Below are positions 8,308-17,718 of a stretch of DNA of 34,736 bases, piece after piece. How positions within the stretch are numbered: position 1 is the stretch's first letter; each line of letters begins with the position of its first letter. Origin of the DNA: a virus (taxonomy: Duplodnaviria; Caudoviricetes); IMG/VR virus record IMGVR_UViG_3300030330_001316, positions 1-34,736 of that record. One strand, given 5' to 3'. A program made the position numbers and the translations under genes. The notes beneath the pieces are model-generated. The model made no database searches. It was not told where the DNA came from and saw nothing but the letters and a program-made list of their open reading frames with translations.

Positions 8308-10437
8308 TTATCTCCTATTCATACGAGGTGCGCCGCGTCTTGGTGTGTTGATGATTGAAACCAATCTGTCTGCAAGTGCTTGTTCAGCTGCCTTCTTGGT
8401 ATCATACACAACAGCACCACCAAAGTTGATATTGAACACCATTGAATCAGTTCTCACTTCTTCACGTTGTGGTGTTGGTGCCGTGGTTGGTGTTCCTGTT
8501 GGTGTAGCACCCGCACCACCTGCACCACCTGATGAACTGAGTGCTGAACCTGCCGCACCTGCAACCACTGCCGCCGTTCCAAACAGTGCAGCCGCTTTGA
8601 ATGATGCTGCCGCTTTTGGATCACCAAGGGCAATTTGTGAAAACCCCTTAGCCAATGAAATCAAGGATTCAACACCTGCCTGTTGTGCAAGTCCTTTCAG
8701 GATTTCTGCCGTGGCTTCTTGGAATGAATCACCAAACAACAATGCACCAACGGCAGCCTCTGCAAATCCTTTTCCATAATTATCAAAGTAGTCTTCAACA
8801 AGTTCACTGCGTTCTTTTAAGTTCTCTTGATCCAACTTTAAACGGTCTAATGCATACCTTTGTTCAATGGCTTTCAGGTCTTCACCCTTCATGCGTGCAA
8901 GTTCGAGTTCTTGATTGAACTCCAATTTCAACATGTTTAAACGTTTATCTTGTTCAGCTTGCAATGCACCAAAGTCTGTGATGGATGAATCCTCTTGAAG
9001 TTCAAGTGTTCTTTTTGCAAGATCATGTTTGACTTCAAGTTCTTTCAAGTTGGCTTCTTGGATTGCATTGAGTTTGTCTTGTTCAGCTTTCTTGGTTTGA
9101 TTGAGGTCCTGTTGCATGATCTTCTGAATAGCTAATTGGAAACGTTTTTCTTCAATCAGTCTTTCCTTGGTTCCTTGCTTGGTCAAGATCACTGAAATCC
9201 TATGCCGTTCAGTTTCCAATGCAAGTGCCTGGTCAAGTCCTTCTTTCTCCTGTTGGATGGTCATCATTCTAATCTTAGATGATAAGGCAAGTTCTTTCCT
9301 TGCTTCTTGGACTTGTTCCTTTAAACGTGCTTCTTGTGCCTTCTTCCTTTCAAGGTATGCTTTTCTTTGTTCTTCACGTTCCTTTTTAACAAGTTCAACC
9401 TGCTGTTGTTGGACTCTCATTCTCTCAACATCAACAGCGTTCAATTCTCCTTGTGCCTTTACCCGTGCCAAGATTGCAACTGTTTGATCATGGTTGGCAT
9501 CTTCAAGTTCTTCTTCGAGCTTTAAGAGTTTGATCTTTTGTGTCAGTTCATCATCAAGTTGTGCAATTTCATCACCCTTGTTTGCCATCTTTGCACGTAT
9601 CAAAGCGGATTCTTTTTGGAGGTTGGCAAGCTTCTTGGCATCTGCTTTCAATGCATCTGTTGCACGTTTTTCAAACTCCTGTTCCTGTTCTGCTGCTGCC
9701 ATCAATTCATTCAGTGTCTCACGTTGCACCTTTTGAAATTCATGGATGGCTTTGGATGCTGCTGCACGTGATTTGATTAAATCCCTGTCTGCCTTCTGTC
9801 TTTTTAAAACATTTTGAACATATTCATATCCACCATCCTTTTCTGCTTCAGCTTGTGCACGTGCCGCATCTGCCGCATTCTTTTTGGCTTGCGTGATCTT
9901 GTCAAAGGTCTTTCTGTATTTGGTCATTGCAGTTTCAAAAGCTTCTTTAGCTAATTGAGATTCAATGACAGCCAATGAAAACTTTTCAAGTTCTTCTGTG
10001 GTTGGAATGATTCCCTTTTCTGCCAATGCTTCAAGCTTTGATTGCAGGTCAGATGATGCCGCATTCATGGCTTCTTCTGCTTCTTGTGCTTCTTGTGCCG
10101 CACCTGTAATCATCCTGAATGTTTCATAGACCAAGATACCTGCTGCAACCACTTGACCAATTGGTCCGAGTAAAGCAAGAAACCCTTTTGCACCCGTGTC
10201 ACCAAGACCTGCAATTCCTTGACCAAGACTTTTGAAAGACTCCTTTAATTCACCAACGGCACCACCCACATTCTCAAGACCTTCACCAAGTTTTTCATTA
10301 GTTGCACCAAAGGTGTCAGCTAAGGATGACCCTGTTTCACCAAGACCTTCAAGGCCACCCGTTAATTCATCAATTTGTTTGTCTACTTTTTTAGCACCTG
10401 ACAGTTCTATTTCAATGTCTATTTCAGGAGTGGCCAT
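8308..10437 (-). CDS. Tail tape measure protein (709 aa)
   Basis: Long Ala/Glu/Lys/Gln helical coiled-coil core with hydrophobic Gly/Ala segments near both ends; follows the frameshifted chaperone pair. Confidence 0.9.
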   Translation of the reverse strand: MATPEIDIEIELSGAKKVDKQIDELTGGLEGLGETGSSLADTFGATNEKLGEGLENVGGAVGELKESFKSLGQGIAGLGDTGAKGFLALLGPIGQVVAAGILVYETFRMITGAAQEAQEAEEAMNAASSDLQSKLEALAEKGIIPTTEELEKFSLAVIESQLAKEAFETAMTKYRKTFDKITQAKKNAADAARAQAEAEKDGGYEYVQNVLKRQKADRDLIKSRAAASKAIHEFQKVQRETLNELMAAAEQEQEFEKRATDALKADAKKLANLQKESALIRAKMANKGDEIAQLDDELTQKIKLLKLEEELEDANHDQTVAILARVKAQGELNAVDVERMRVQQQQVELVKKEREEQRKAYLERKKAQEARLKEQVQEARKELALSSKIRMMTIQQEKEGLDQALALETERHRISVILTKQGTKERLIEEKRFQLAIQKIMQQDLNQTKKAEQDKLNAIQEANLKELEVKHDLAKRTLELQEDSSITDFGALQAEQDKRLNMLKLEFNQELELARMKGEDLKAIEQRYALDRLKLDQENLKERSELVEDYFDNYGKGFAEAAVGALLFGDSFQEATAEILKGLAQQAGVESLISLAKGFSQIALGDPKAAASFKAAALFGTAAVVAGAAGSALSSSGGAGGAGATPTGTPTTAPTPQREEVRTDSMVFNINFGGAVVYDTKKAAEQALADRLVSIINTPRRGAPRMNRR

Positions 10438-10855
10438 TGTTCATTTCCTTCATCTGTTGTTCATGTGAACGTCTTTGCATTTCCATGGTGTTTGAATTAA
10501 GTATATCAAAGCATTCTATAATTGCACATGATGGATTTGGAAATGTTTCAGTTAGTCTGATCAATCCTGATTGGTGCCTGTTGAATGCAGTGATGATTGA
10601 TGCCATCTTGTTCATTCCTGCAACAGGACAAGAACGCACCTTTAAATCAGAGTACCATTCACCACAGTTTGGTGCTACTCGATAACCTGGCACAAAGCGT
10701 CCATGGCCATCTTCTTCTGACAATGGCAAACCACTTTCAAAAGGTCCTCCACAGTTGCCACGCTTTTGACGCAAGCCAACCTTTGAACGGCATTGATCAC
10801 AAGACCAACCACGGCCCCCACTAAACGGAATCCATACAGCAGAGGCAAGCGCTAT
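10424..10855 (-). CDS. Tail assembly chaperone C-terminal extension (gpGT-like), made by -1 frameshift; fusion about 311 aa
   Basis: The -1 frame is open from the slippery site (IALASAVWIPFSGGRGWSCDQCRSKVGL) into ORF 10424..10774, which itself has only a TTG start. Confidence 0.85.
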   Translation of the reverse strand: MALASAVWIPFSGGRGWSCDQCRSKVGLRQKRGNCGGPFESGLPLSEEDGHGRFVPGYRVAPNCGEWYSDLKVRSCPVAGMNKMASIITAFNRHQSGLIRLTETFPNPSCAIIECFDILNSNTMEMQRRSHEQQMKEMNNGHS

Positions 10856-11358
10856 TTTCCCACATCACCAACAAGTGAAATGCGTTGAATGTGTAAAACA
10901 AGTTCTGTGATTGCTTGGATTCTGTGAGCTTCTGGTCTGATTGTTTGGATGCTTTCAAGGTTGGCATCTTCACCATCAATTGACACAAGTGAAGCGTCAA
11001 TCATTTCCAAGTATACCCTGTTCAAATATGCTTGGTAAGAAGATAAAGCCTGTTTCTCTTCCTCTGAAAGTGCATGGTGCCACGTGGCTTTTTCCTTGTC
11101 ATCATCAGGTGATTCAATCCACAACAGTCTTCCAAGTTCAGAACGGGTGAATGATCCTGCTTTCATTTCAGCCTCTTCACGCTCGGCAGGTGATAAGGCT
11201 TTCAATGTGAACTTAGTTGCATCTTCTTGGGCAATACCATTGAAGACACCTGTGGTCAAGTATTCCGTTCTTTGGTCATCATCCAATTGAATGGATGGAT
11301 CAAAAGACAGATAAATGTTTACTGTTGAGTTCGAGGAAACAAGGAAAGAAATTGCCAT
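10852..11358 (-). CDS. Tail assembly chaperone (gpG-like)
   Basis: Acidic 168-aa protein between major tail and tape measure genes, ending in the slippery sequence. Confidence 0.85.
   Translation of the reverse strand: MAISFLVSSNSTVNIYLSFDPSIQLDDDQRTEYLTTGVFNGIAQEDATKFTLKALSPAEREEAEMKAGSFTRSELGRLLWIESPDDDKEKATWHHALSEEEKQALSSYQAYLNRVYLEMIDASLVSIDGEDANLESIQTIRPEAHRIQAITELVLHIQRISLVGDVGK
10855..10861 (-). promoter_or_regulatory. Programmed -1 ribosomal frameshift slippery site G GGA AAA
   Basis: Minus strand reads GTG GGA AAA TAG: an X XXY YYZ heptamer immediately before the chaperone stop, as in lambda G/GT. Confidence 0.88.
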
Positions 11359-11361
11359 GTG

Positions 11362-12654
11362 TTATACTCCCAATGCAATACGCAACGGGCTGTTACCTGC
11401 ACCCGTTTCAGAAACATCACCACCAAAGCGTGTTTGTTTATAGTTTAAAGTTTGACGCACAATGTCATTGCCACTGACATCATATGCACTTGGATCATTG
11501 GTGAGGTATGCAGCAGGCAACATGAATGCACATCCTTTTCCATCACCATTGGGTCCTGTACCTACCAAGACTTGACGCACTGTACGGTTGAAATAATCTG
11601 AATTGATTGTTGTATTCAATGTGGTCAATGTCAAGTTCAATTCAACATCCACATCACTGATTTCCATTTCAGACATGGCAAGGATGGAATCAGAATGACC
11701 AAGTGGTGTCAGTGTGTTGGTGATGGTCAAGGTGAAGTCTTCACAATCAAGTTTGGTGCGTGCGAGTTTATCACCTGTTCCACTTGCATTGGTCAATGAA
11801 GTTGGTGATGTGGATGACACCACAACATAAGATCCTCTGAAGAAAGGTGGTGCACCTGTGTTGTATGATGGTTCAACAGGACCAGATGCATTTCCATGGT
11901 CATCTTGGATGCACGCACTTTGGAAAGTAAACTCACCCATAACACGTCCATTGTCCAAAGTGATTGACAAGGATTCAAGGACACATCCAAAGCAGATGGT
12001 TTTAAAGTCCACACCATTCACTTCAAAAGCTACACTTGAAACCTTTTCACCTGTGTTGGTTCTTGAACCTGGGTACCAAGTCTGCATTGCTCGAACAGTG
12101 TCAGAGGGTGTCAAGGCAGACAATGCAGGTGAAATGGAAACGGCACCACTTTCATCGTTGTTTGTTACTGCTGAATACTCGGCACGTCCTGCAACTTCCA
12201 CACCAATCAATCCACCAATGGTGAAATCTGATTCAGCTGTTGTGGGGGTGAACAGGTTGACATTGGCTACACCTGTTGGTGTGTCAGATGTGAAAGAATG
12301 CTTGGCTGTCTTGAATCCTGCACCTAACAAGTAACCAAGATAGTTTGTATCATAATTATCTGCCGCACTTCCAATGGTGGTCAAGTCCAATTGAATCACC
12401 ACTTGACCTGTTCTTCTTCTGACGCGGCTGCCGCTTGAATAAACAGTGTCAGGTTCAGGAGGCAATCCATAGGAACCGTCACGTGCATCATTGCGTTCAC
12501 TTGCAACAGGTTCACCATAGATGATGATTGGATCACGTTCACAAGGGATTGATACAAAGTTCAATCCTGATGTGGTTGGTAAACCTGTGCTTGGATTTAA
12601 AGATCCAAACGTACTTTCATTAATCACACCAATTGATCTGTGTGTAACACTCAT
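11362..12654 (-). CDS. Major tail (tube) protein
   Basis: Position upstream of the chaperone; begins with an ESTFG-type tube motif; acidic, Thr/Ser/Gly-rich; no sheath gene seen. Confidence 0.75.
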   Translation of the reverse strand: MSVTHRSIGVINESTFGSLNPSTGLPTTSGLNFVSIPCERDPIIIYGEPVASERNDARDGSYGLPPEPDTVYSSGSRVRRRTGQVVIQLDLTTIGSAADNYDTNYLGYLLGAGFKTAKHSFTSDTPTGVANVNLFTPTTAESDFTIGGLIGVEVAGRAEYSAVTNNDESGAVSISPALSALTPSDTVRAMQTWYPGSRTNTGEKVSSVAFEVNGVDFKTICFGCVLESLSITLDNGRVMGEFTFQSACIQDDHGNASGPVEPSYNTGAPPFFRGSYVVVSSTSPTSLTNASGTGDKLARTKLDCEDFTLTITNTLTPLGHSDSILAMSEMEISDVDVELNLTLTTLNTTINSDYFNRTVRQVLVGTGPNGDGKGCAFMLPAAYLTNDPSAYDVSGNDIVRQTLNYKQTRFGGDVSETGAGNSPLRIALGV

Positions 12655-12656
12655 AT

Positions 12657-13121
12657 TTATTCCTCCAAGTATAAAAGGTCAAAGGGAAGTAAAAGGACAA
12701 CGGCCTCAACTGTTCCATTGATGTCTTGTATGTTTTCTGTGGTTGGTGCACCAGGTATCAAGGACACAATACCCGTGTTGACTAAATCATAGTCAGGACC
12801 TTTCAAAGTATCAATCAACTTGGCAGCGTCTTCATTGATTAAACGTCTTAAGAATCCAATGTCCTGTGGTATATCATAACGCACACGCAATTCCATGGAT
12901 GATCTTTTACGTCCACTCAAACCCGCTTCACCATCATCAGAAGCAAATCCAACGGTAATGATTTCAAAGTATCGTGTGGAGTTCACACGTTGATCCAATG
13001 GTTGTGTGCGACCATTACCCGTGGCAATGGCAATGAATCCATGATGTGCATCAGTCTTGGGTGTGATACCTTCAATCATGTCTTCAAGTTTTTCAGTTGC
13101 TTTGAATATTCCTTGACTCAT
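12657..13121 (-). CDS. Tail completion/terminator protein (putative)
   Basis: Acidic 154-aa protein just upstream of the tail tube gene; synteny. Confidence 0.6.
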   Translation of the reverse strand: MSQGIFKATEKLEDMIEGITPKTDAHHGFIAIATGNGRTQPLDQRVNSTRYFEIITVGFASDDGEAGLSGRKRSSMELRVRYDIPQDIGFLRRLINEDAAKLIDTLKGPDYDLVNTGIVSLIPGAPTTENIQDINGTVEAVVLLLPFDLLYLEE

Positions 13122-13648
13122 TATTTGCTCAACTTGTCTGCAATTGTTTGACGTACTGACACCACCAACAATCTGATTTCACTTGGTGAAAGACCAAGGT
13201 ATTCACGTTCTGCATTCACTGCATAACCATAGTATCTGACATGCTTGGTCAATCCAATCACAAAGCGTGTTCGAGTTGCACTAAGGACTACAAGATTATT
13301 CATCAAAGCACCTGAAAGAACAAGGTCCACCTCTGCACTATCTGTTTGACCAGGTACAGTGCCACGTTTTCTTGATAGGTGTTTGTATTCTCTGTAACCA
13401 CCATCAAAACGCATGGTCTTTCCTGTCTTGGTCAACACACCACCTTTTGGTTTCAACCTTGCACCCGTTCCTTTATCCACAGATATGTAAATCTTTTTCC
13501 TTGAATACTGTGTGAATGCTGAACCGTTCGCATCAATCCCCTTGCTAGTCCTTAACTTGATTGATGCAAGTGTGTCCATTGCCAAACGTTGTGTGTCTGC
13601 TTTGGTCCATATGGCTTTGGGTAGTTTTAGATTTACTTTAGTAGGCAT
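13121..13648 (-). CDS. Neck / virion morphogenesis protein (Mu gpG-like)
   Basis: Basic protein with RTSKGIDANG, VDLVLSGALM and REYLGLS segments resembling Mu gpG-type tail completion proteins; synteny. Confidence 0.65.
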   Translation of the reverse strand: MPTKVNLKLPKAIWTKADTQRLAMDTLASIKLRTSKGIDANGSAFTQYSRKKIYISVDKGTGARLKPKGGVLTKTGKTMRFDGGYREYKHLSRKRGTVPGQTDSAEVDLVLSGALMNNLVVLSATRTRFVIGLTKHVRYYGYAVNAEREYLGLSPSEIRLLVVSVRQTIADKLSK

Positions 13649-13658
13649 GATTAAGTCC

Positions 13659-13683
13659 TAAATAGGAAGTGATTTCCTATTTA
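13659..13683. promoter_or_regulatory. Perfect 10-bp hairpin between head and neck genes
   Basis: TAAATAGGAA-gtgat-TTCCTATTTA overlaps the upstream stop codon and touches the AGGA RBS of the next gene. Confidence 0.55.
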
Positions 13684-14628
13684 ATGTTTCATTCCTCTTG
13701 ATGCAGTGAAAAAGGAATCATTGCTTGTTCGAGTGTAGCCTTTCCATGATGCACGAAAGTCTGAAGTCTTGCCACCAGTTTCACGTCTGTCAAGTTCTCC
13801 ATCATCAATGACACCATCACCATCCAAGTCCAATGCCAATGAACGCAAGGCAATTTCCATCAGATCATGGCAACGTTGTCTCATTTGATCTGCAACATCC
13901 ATTTGTAAACTTTGTTCATAGACCAATGCTGCTGTACAATAGGCATGTGCAAGATGGAACTGTTCAGGATTGAATACTTCATCCTCTGTGGCTTCATCTG
14001 CTATGACCACATCACGAACTTGTAAAATCAATTCATCCAATGCACCTTTGATTTGTGGTGCAAAATCACTTTGTCTTCTTGGAATCATGTCTGCCAACTG
14101 TGGCAACAAGGCAACCAAGTCATCATGTGAAAGCCCCGTGTCAAAAGGTCTTGGTGTGGATTTCAACAAACCTTTTTCTTGTTTGGATTGTGTCAATGCA
14201 CCAAGGTCTGTTGTGAAGTTGATTTCATATGGATATGTGTTGGCAGTTGTCAAGACTGCAATGGTGTTGGCCAATGTGGTTGACCACAATGCAAATTCAA
14301 GTGATGCAGTTGATGACAGGTCAATTTCACGTGGCAAGGGTTCAGCCAAGATTGCAGTTGTACCAACCACTCGAACCACAGTGACATTGTAAAAGGTATC
14401 ACCATTGGTGATCAAGAACCCTTTCATCTGATCACGCTGCAAACCTGTTGCCTGATTATCAACTGTCAATGTGCGTCTGTCATTGGCAATGGCTGACACT
14501 GTTGCATTGGCACGTGATTGTGAAAGACTATAATTGATACTGTTCAAGGTCAAGACAGGTGTGCCACTGATTGGACTCGGTGCAATCCATTCAAAGGTAT
14601 AGCTTTTATTTAAGACAGCTTTTCTCAT
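13681..14628 (-). CDS. Head completion / head-tail adaptor protein (putative)
   Basis: Position after head genes; beta-rich N-terminal half and helical C-terminal half. Confidence 0.55.
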   Translation of the reverse strand: MRKAVLNKSYTFEWIAPSPISGTPVLTLNSINYSLSQSRANATVSAIANDRRTLTVDNQATGLQRDQMKGFLITNGDTFYNVTVVRVVGTTAILAEPLPREIDLSSTASLEFALWSTTLANTIAVLTTANTYPYEINFTTDLGALTQSKQEKGLLKSTPRPFDTGLSHDDLVALLPQLADMIPRRQSDFAPQIKGALDELILQVRDVVIADEATEDEVFNPEQFHLAHAYCTAALVYEQSLQMDVADQMRQRCHDLMEIALRSLALDLDGDGVIDDGELDRRETGGKTSDFRASWKGYTRTSNDSFFTASRGMKH

Positions 14629-15545
14629 CTTTTCTTTGCTCCTGTGTTGGCATCTGAAATGTCTTTAGATGTGGCAAGTTTAAGGTTGGCAAGTTCAACA
14701 AAGTTGGAAGTCACAGGACTCCATGAATGTCTGCAATTGTATCCACCGCCTGATGACCTAACCGATAAACCTTGATTGTTATTAAGTTTACTCATTTGAT
14801 CTTTGCTCACCACCTTGTTGATCAATGGTTTACAAAAGTTTCGAGTGATACCATCTTTTGGACCAGTGTATAAATACAAATCCATGCCAACGGCATCAGC
14901 TGCAATCATGTTGACAGATCTGCCAAACTGACTGATCTTGGTGCGTACCTCTGTGGTCAAGGTGCCTGCACCACGTTGAAGGGATTGTGCAAGGTTGGAC
15001 ATTGCTTGATCCTTGGGTGTATCTACAACCATTGACAGCAAAGAGTCACGCACGTTCTTGGAAACGGCAGGCACAACAATGTCATCAAAGACATTCTGAA
15101 CAGTCAGAGTCTTCAATGCATTCACTTCATTCTCAATAAACAAAGGTGTCCAAGTTGGATCAACCACATTCAATGATTCATTGATTGATTGTAATAATTT
15201 ATCTTGCTGTTCAATAAAATCTTCTATTGATTCAGCAAATCCCCCTTGTAAAATCAGATCAACCAATTGGTCTTTCTGAAGATCAAGGAGTACAGCAGGA
15301 TCAGTCTGTTTAAGAAGTTCATCCAATTGTTTCAGAAGCTTCTTGGATGATCTTGAATAGACCACACCAAACTGATCTGCCGTTTTCTTCTCTGCTTTTA
15401 GTTCTTTTATCTTTGCCTTGGTGATGTCTGCAAGTTGCTTTGGTTGGTCTTTCAATTGACGTTGAAGATCTTGGATGGCCTTCTCATCTGCATCAACACG
15501 TTCTGCCAACAGGACATGTGAATGTTCATCAAAGCAACAAAACAT
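14625..15545 (-). CDS. Minor head morphogenesis protein (Mu gpF / SPP1 gp7-like)
   Basis: C-terminal YTGPKDGITRNFC...GGYNCRHSW motif typical of the family. Confidence 0.8.
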   Translation of the reverse strand: MFCCFDEHSHVLLAERVDADEKAIQDLQRQLKDQPKQLADITKAKIKELKAEKKTADQFGVVYSRSSKKLLKQLDELLKQTDPAVLLDLQKDQLVDLILQGGFAESIEDFIEQQDKLLQSINESLNVVDPTWTPLFIENEVNALKTLTVQNVFDDIVVPAVSKNVRDSLLSMVVDTPKDQAMSNLAQSLQRGAGTLTTEVRTKISQFGRSVNMIAADAVGMDLYLYTGPKDGITRNFCKPLINKVVSKDQMSKLNNNQGLSVRSSGGGYNCRHSWSPVTSNFVELANLKLATSKDISDANTGAKKR

Positions 15546-15555
15546 TAATCAACTC

Positions 15556-16572
15556 TTATAGACAGTCAGTTACTAAGAAACCAAATGATGAATCAACCAT
15601 CTTAAATTGGTTGACTTGTTCAGCCCAAACGTAACGACGGATTAAATCAAGGCTGTCATATTGACCTGCAATCATGTCTTTGTACTCGAAGTCAAGAGCG
15701 GTTACAGGCATGGCCTTCACGTTTCCTGTCTTGCTTACAATTGCGTCTGATCCCTTCATGATTCCCATAAAGATTTGATCACCGGTCCAAATGTAACTTT
15801 CTGAAGATGTTGCACCAGGAACAGCAGTTTCACGTCTTGCAGCACCAACATAAACGTTGGGGATACCCAAAACATTTTGAAGAACTTGGATGATGGCTTG
15901 ATCATTCAACAAAAGGTTTCCACTTGCAATTCCTTTTGTTGCATCACCAACATAACCACGCATTTCAGGATTTCGTGCTAGTTCACGGAATACTTCACGT
16001 CCAAGAATTAATGTATCAGGATTGATGCCATGTGAATTTGCAAAGACCAAGTCTTTCACAATGTGAAGGTCACTTAAAGGTTCAGCACCTGCTGCATTGA
16101 ATTTGACACCCGCACCACCTGTGATGGCGTCGGCATCTGATTTGCTACCTGCTGCAAAGTTTGCCGCTGTAAAGAGAAGATCTGCTGCACGTTTTTCTTT
16201 TGCAAGTTTCATGGTTCGTGCAACTTTGCGGATAATTCGAGCTTCTTCAGAACCTGGGTATTGAGAATCCTCAATGTCTTCCATGGCAATTGAATCAGAT
16301 GCTGAATAGATCTTTGCTTTGTATGTTAAGTTTGTACGATCAAAAGATCCAATCATTGGACGTGATGCACCAGGTGCACGTTCAAGATCCAAGTCAGGTG
16401 ATCCCATAAAGTTGCGAGTATTCTCAATAAGTAGAGTTCCACTTCTTTCAGGAATGTTGACCTTTTCAAAGATTTGGTCTGCAATCAGTTGTGAATCACT
16501 AGGGATTGCCTCAACTGCAAGGGAAGTCAGGACCTGGTCAACAGGATGTATATTACTATAAGATGAAGCCAT
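15556..16572 (-). CDS. Major capsid protein
   Basis: 338 aa, strong RBS AAGGAG, PVDQVLTSLA...IADQIF...RAPGA pattern; follows scaffold and decoration genes. Confidence 0.88.
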   Translation of the reverse strand: MASSYSNIHPVDQVLTSLAVEAIPSDSQLIADQIFEKVNIPERSGTLLIENTRNFMGSPDLDLERAPGASRPMIGSFDRTNLTYKAKIYSASDSIAMEDIEDSQYPGSEEARIIRKVARTMKLAKEKRAADLLFTAANFAAGSKSDADAITGGAGVKFNAAGAEPLSDLHIVKDLVFANSHGINPDTLILGREVFRELARNPEMRGYVGDATKGIASGNLLLNDQAIIQVLQNVLGIPNVYVGAARRETAVPGATSSESYIWTGDQIFMGIMKGSDAIVSKTGNVKAMPVTALDFEYKDMIAGQYDSLDLIRRYVWAEQVNQFKMVDSSFGFLVTDCL

Positions 16573-16584
16573 TGTTTAAACTCC

Positions 16585-16977
16585 TTAAGCTTTCACAACA
16601 GATGGACCAACAAAGAGAACAAGAAGTTGTTCACCTGCACCAGCTGTTGAAGTTTGATTGATATTAGGAAGAATGCGTGCAACAGGGTATTCATTAGCTG
16701 ATCCTGAAACCGCTTTGACTTGACCATTGGTGGTTGCTGTCAAAAGAGGTGCAGTATTAAAAGTCAAGGCAGCACTTGCAATAACTCGCGTGGTTCCAAA
16801 AACAACCACATCAACCGTGTCACCTGCATCACATGCACGTTGTGCAACACCAACGCATCCAATTTCAGTGCCTGCGTCAGTAATGGTCACTTTTCCATTT
16901 CCATCAATTGACACCAAGGCAAATTCTGTAATGGCTTCAGCAGCCACAAAGCTTTCAACAATGTTTTGAGTTTGCAT
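16585..16977 (-). CDS. Capsid decoration/cement protein (DUF2190-like)
   Basis: 130 aa, Ala/Gly/Thr/Val-rich, FVAAEAI and VGVA...AGDTVDV pattern; between scaffold and capsid genes. Confidence 0.7.
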   Translation of the reverse strand: MQTQNIVESFVAAEAITEFALVSIDGNGKVTITDAGTEIGCVGVAQRACDAGDTVDVVVFGTTRVIASAALTFNTAPLLTATTNGQVKAVSGSANEYPVARILPNINQTSTAGAGEQLLVLFVGPSVVKA

Positions 16978-16980
16978 CTT

Positions 16981-17718
16981 TTAAACTCCGTATGCTTGAT
17001 TATATTCAGAAGGGTTTGTATTTCGGAATTCAGTCAAGGCTTGTGAATAACTGATTCCTTTATCTTCACTTAACTTTTTGATCTTAAGATTCAAAGTCTC
17101 TTTGTTGATCTCTTGACCACTTGCACCATGTCCAATGGTGGTCATAGGCACAACACTGTTTGATTGACGTTCACTGAACATGTTCCAAAAAGAGTCACGT
17201 CCTTCAAGTTTCATGTCATAGGCTTCACGTGCAACAGCTTCTTCATTGGGTGAAATCTTGCCTTCATTGAGAAGTTGATTCACTGCTGTTGTCTTTTCTA
17301 CTTCAATCTTTTCTTGACGTAGTTGTGTCACTTGTTCTCTTAACATTTGGATTTCAGACAGGAGTGCAGGACTTGTCAAAGATTCATTCATCTTCTTGTG
17401 CTCATTCATCTTCTTGTCTTTCTTGTCATCCTCATCTTTTGAGTAATGCTCATTCATCTTCTTTTTGTCATCATCATAGTGTTCATTCATCTTCTTTTTA
17501 TCATCATCAGAATGTTCACCAAGTGTTTCACCAAGGACTTCATCAAGTTCTTCATTGTCTTGTGCAATCTTGGCTTCATTGTCTTCATTCATGCTTTTGA
17601 CTTGTTGTTCGAGTTGCTTAATCATCTCATCTTTTTGACGATTCAAGTCTTGTTCTCGTGTGGCAAAGTCAACAAGATCATCATGATCCATAGCATTCAA
17701 CTGATCTTTTGAATACAT
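16981..17718 (-). CDS. Nested in-frame scaffolding protein (Mu gpZ / lambda Nu3-like, 245 aa)
   Basis: AAAGGAGAATTTGAAC-ATG at 17718 is in frame and lies where the protease domain ends. Confidence 0.7.
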   Translation of the reverse strand: MYSKDQLNAMDHDDLVDFATREQDLNRQKDEMIKQLEQQVKSMNEDNEAKIAQDNEELDEVLGETLGEHSDDDKKKMNEHYDDDKKKMNEHYSKDEDDKKDKKMNEHKKMNESLTSPALLSEIQMLREQVTQLRQEKIEVEKTTAVNQLLNEGKISPNEEAVAREAYDMKLEGRDSFWNMFSERQSNSVVPMTTIGHGASGQEINKETLNLKIKKLSEDKGISYSQALTEFRNTNPSEYNQAYGV

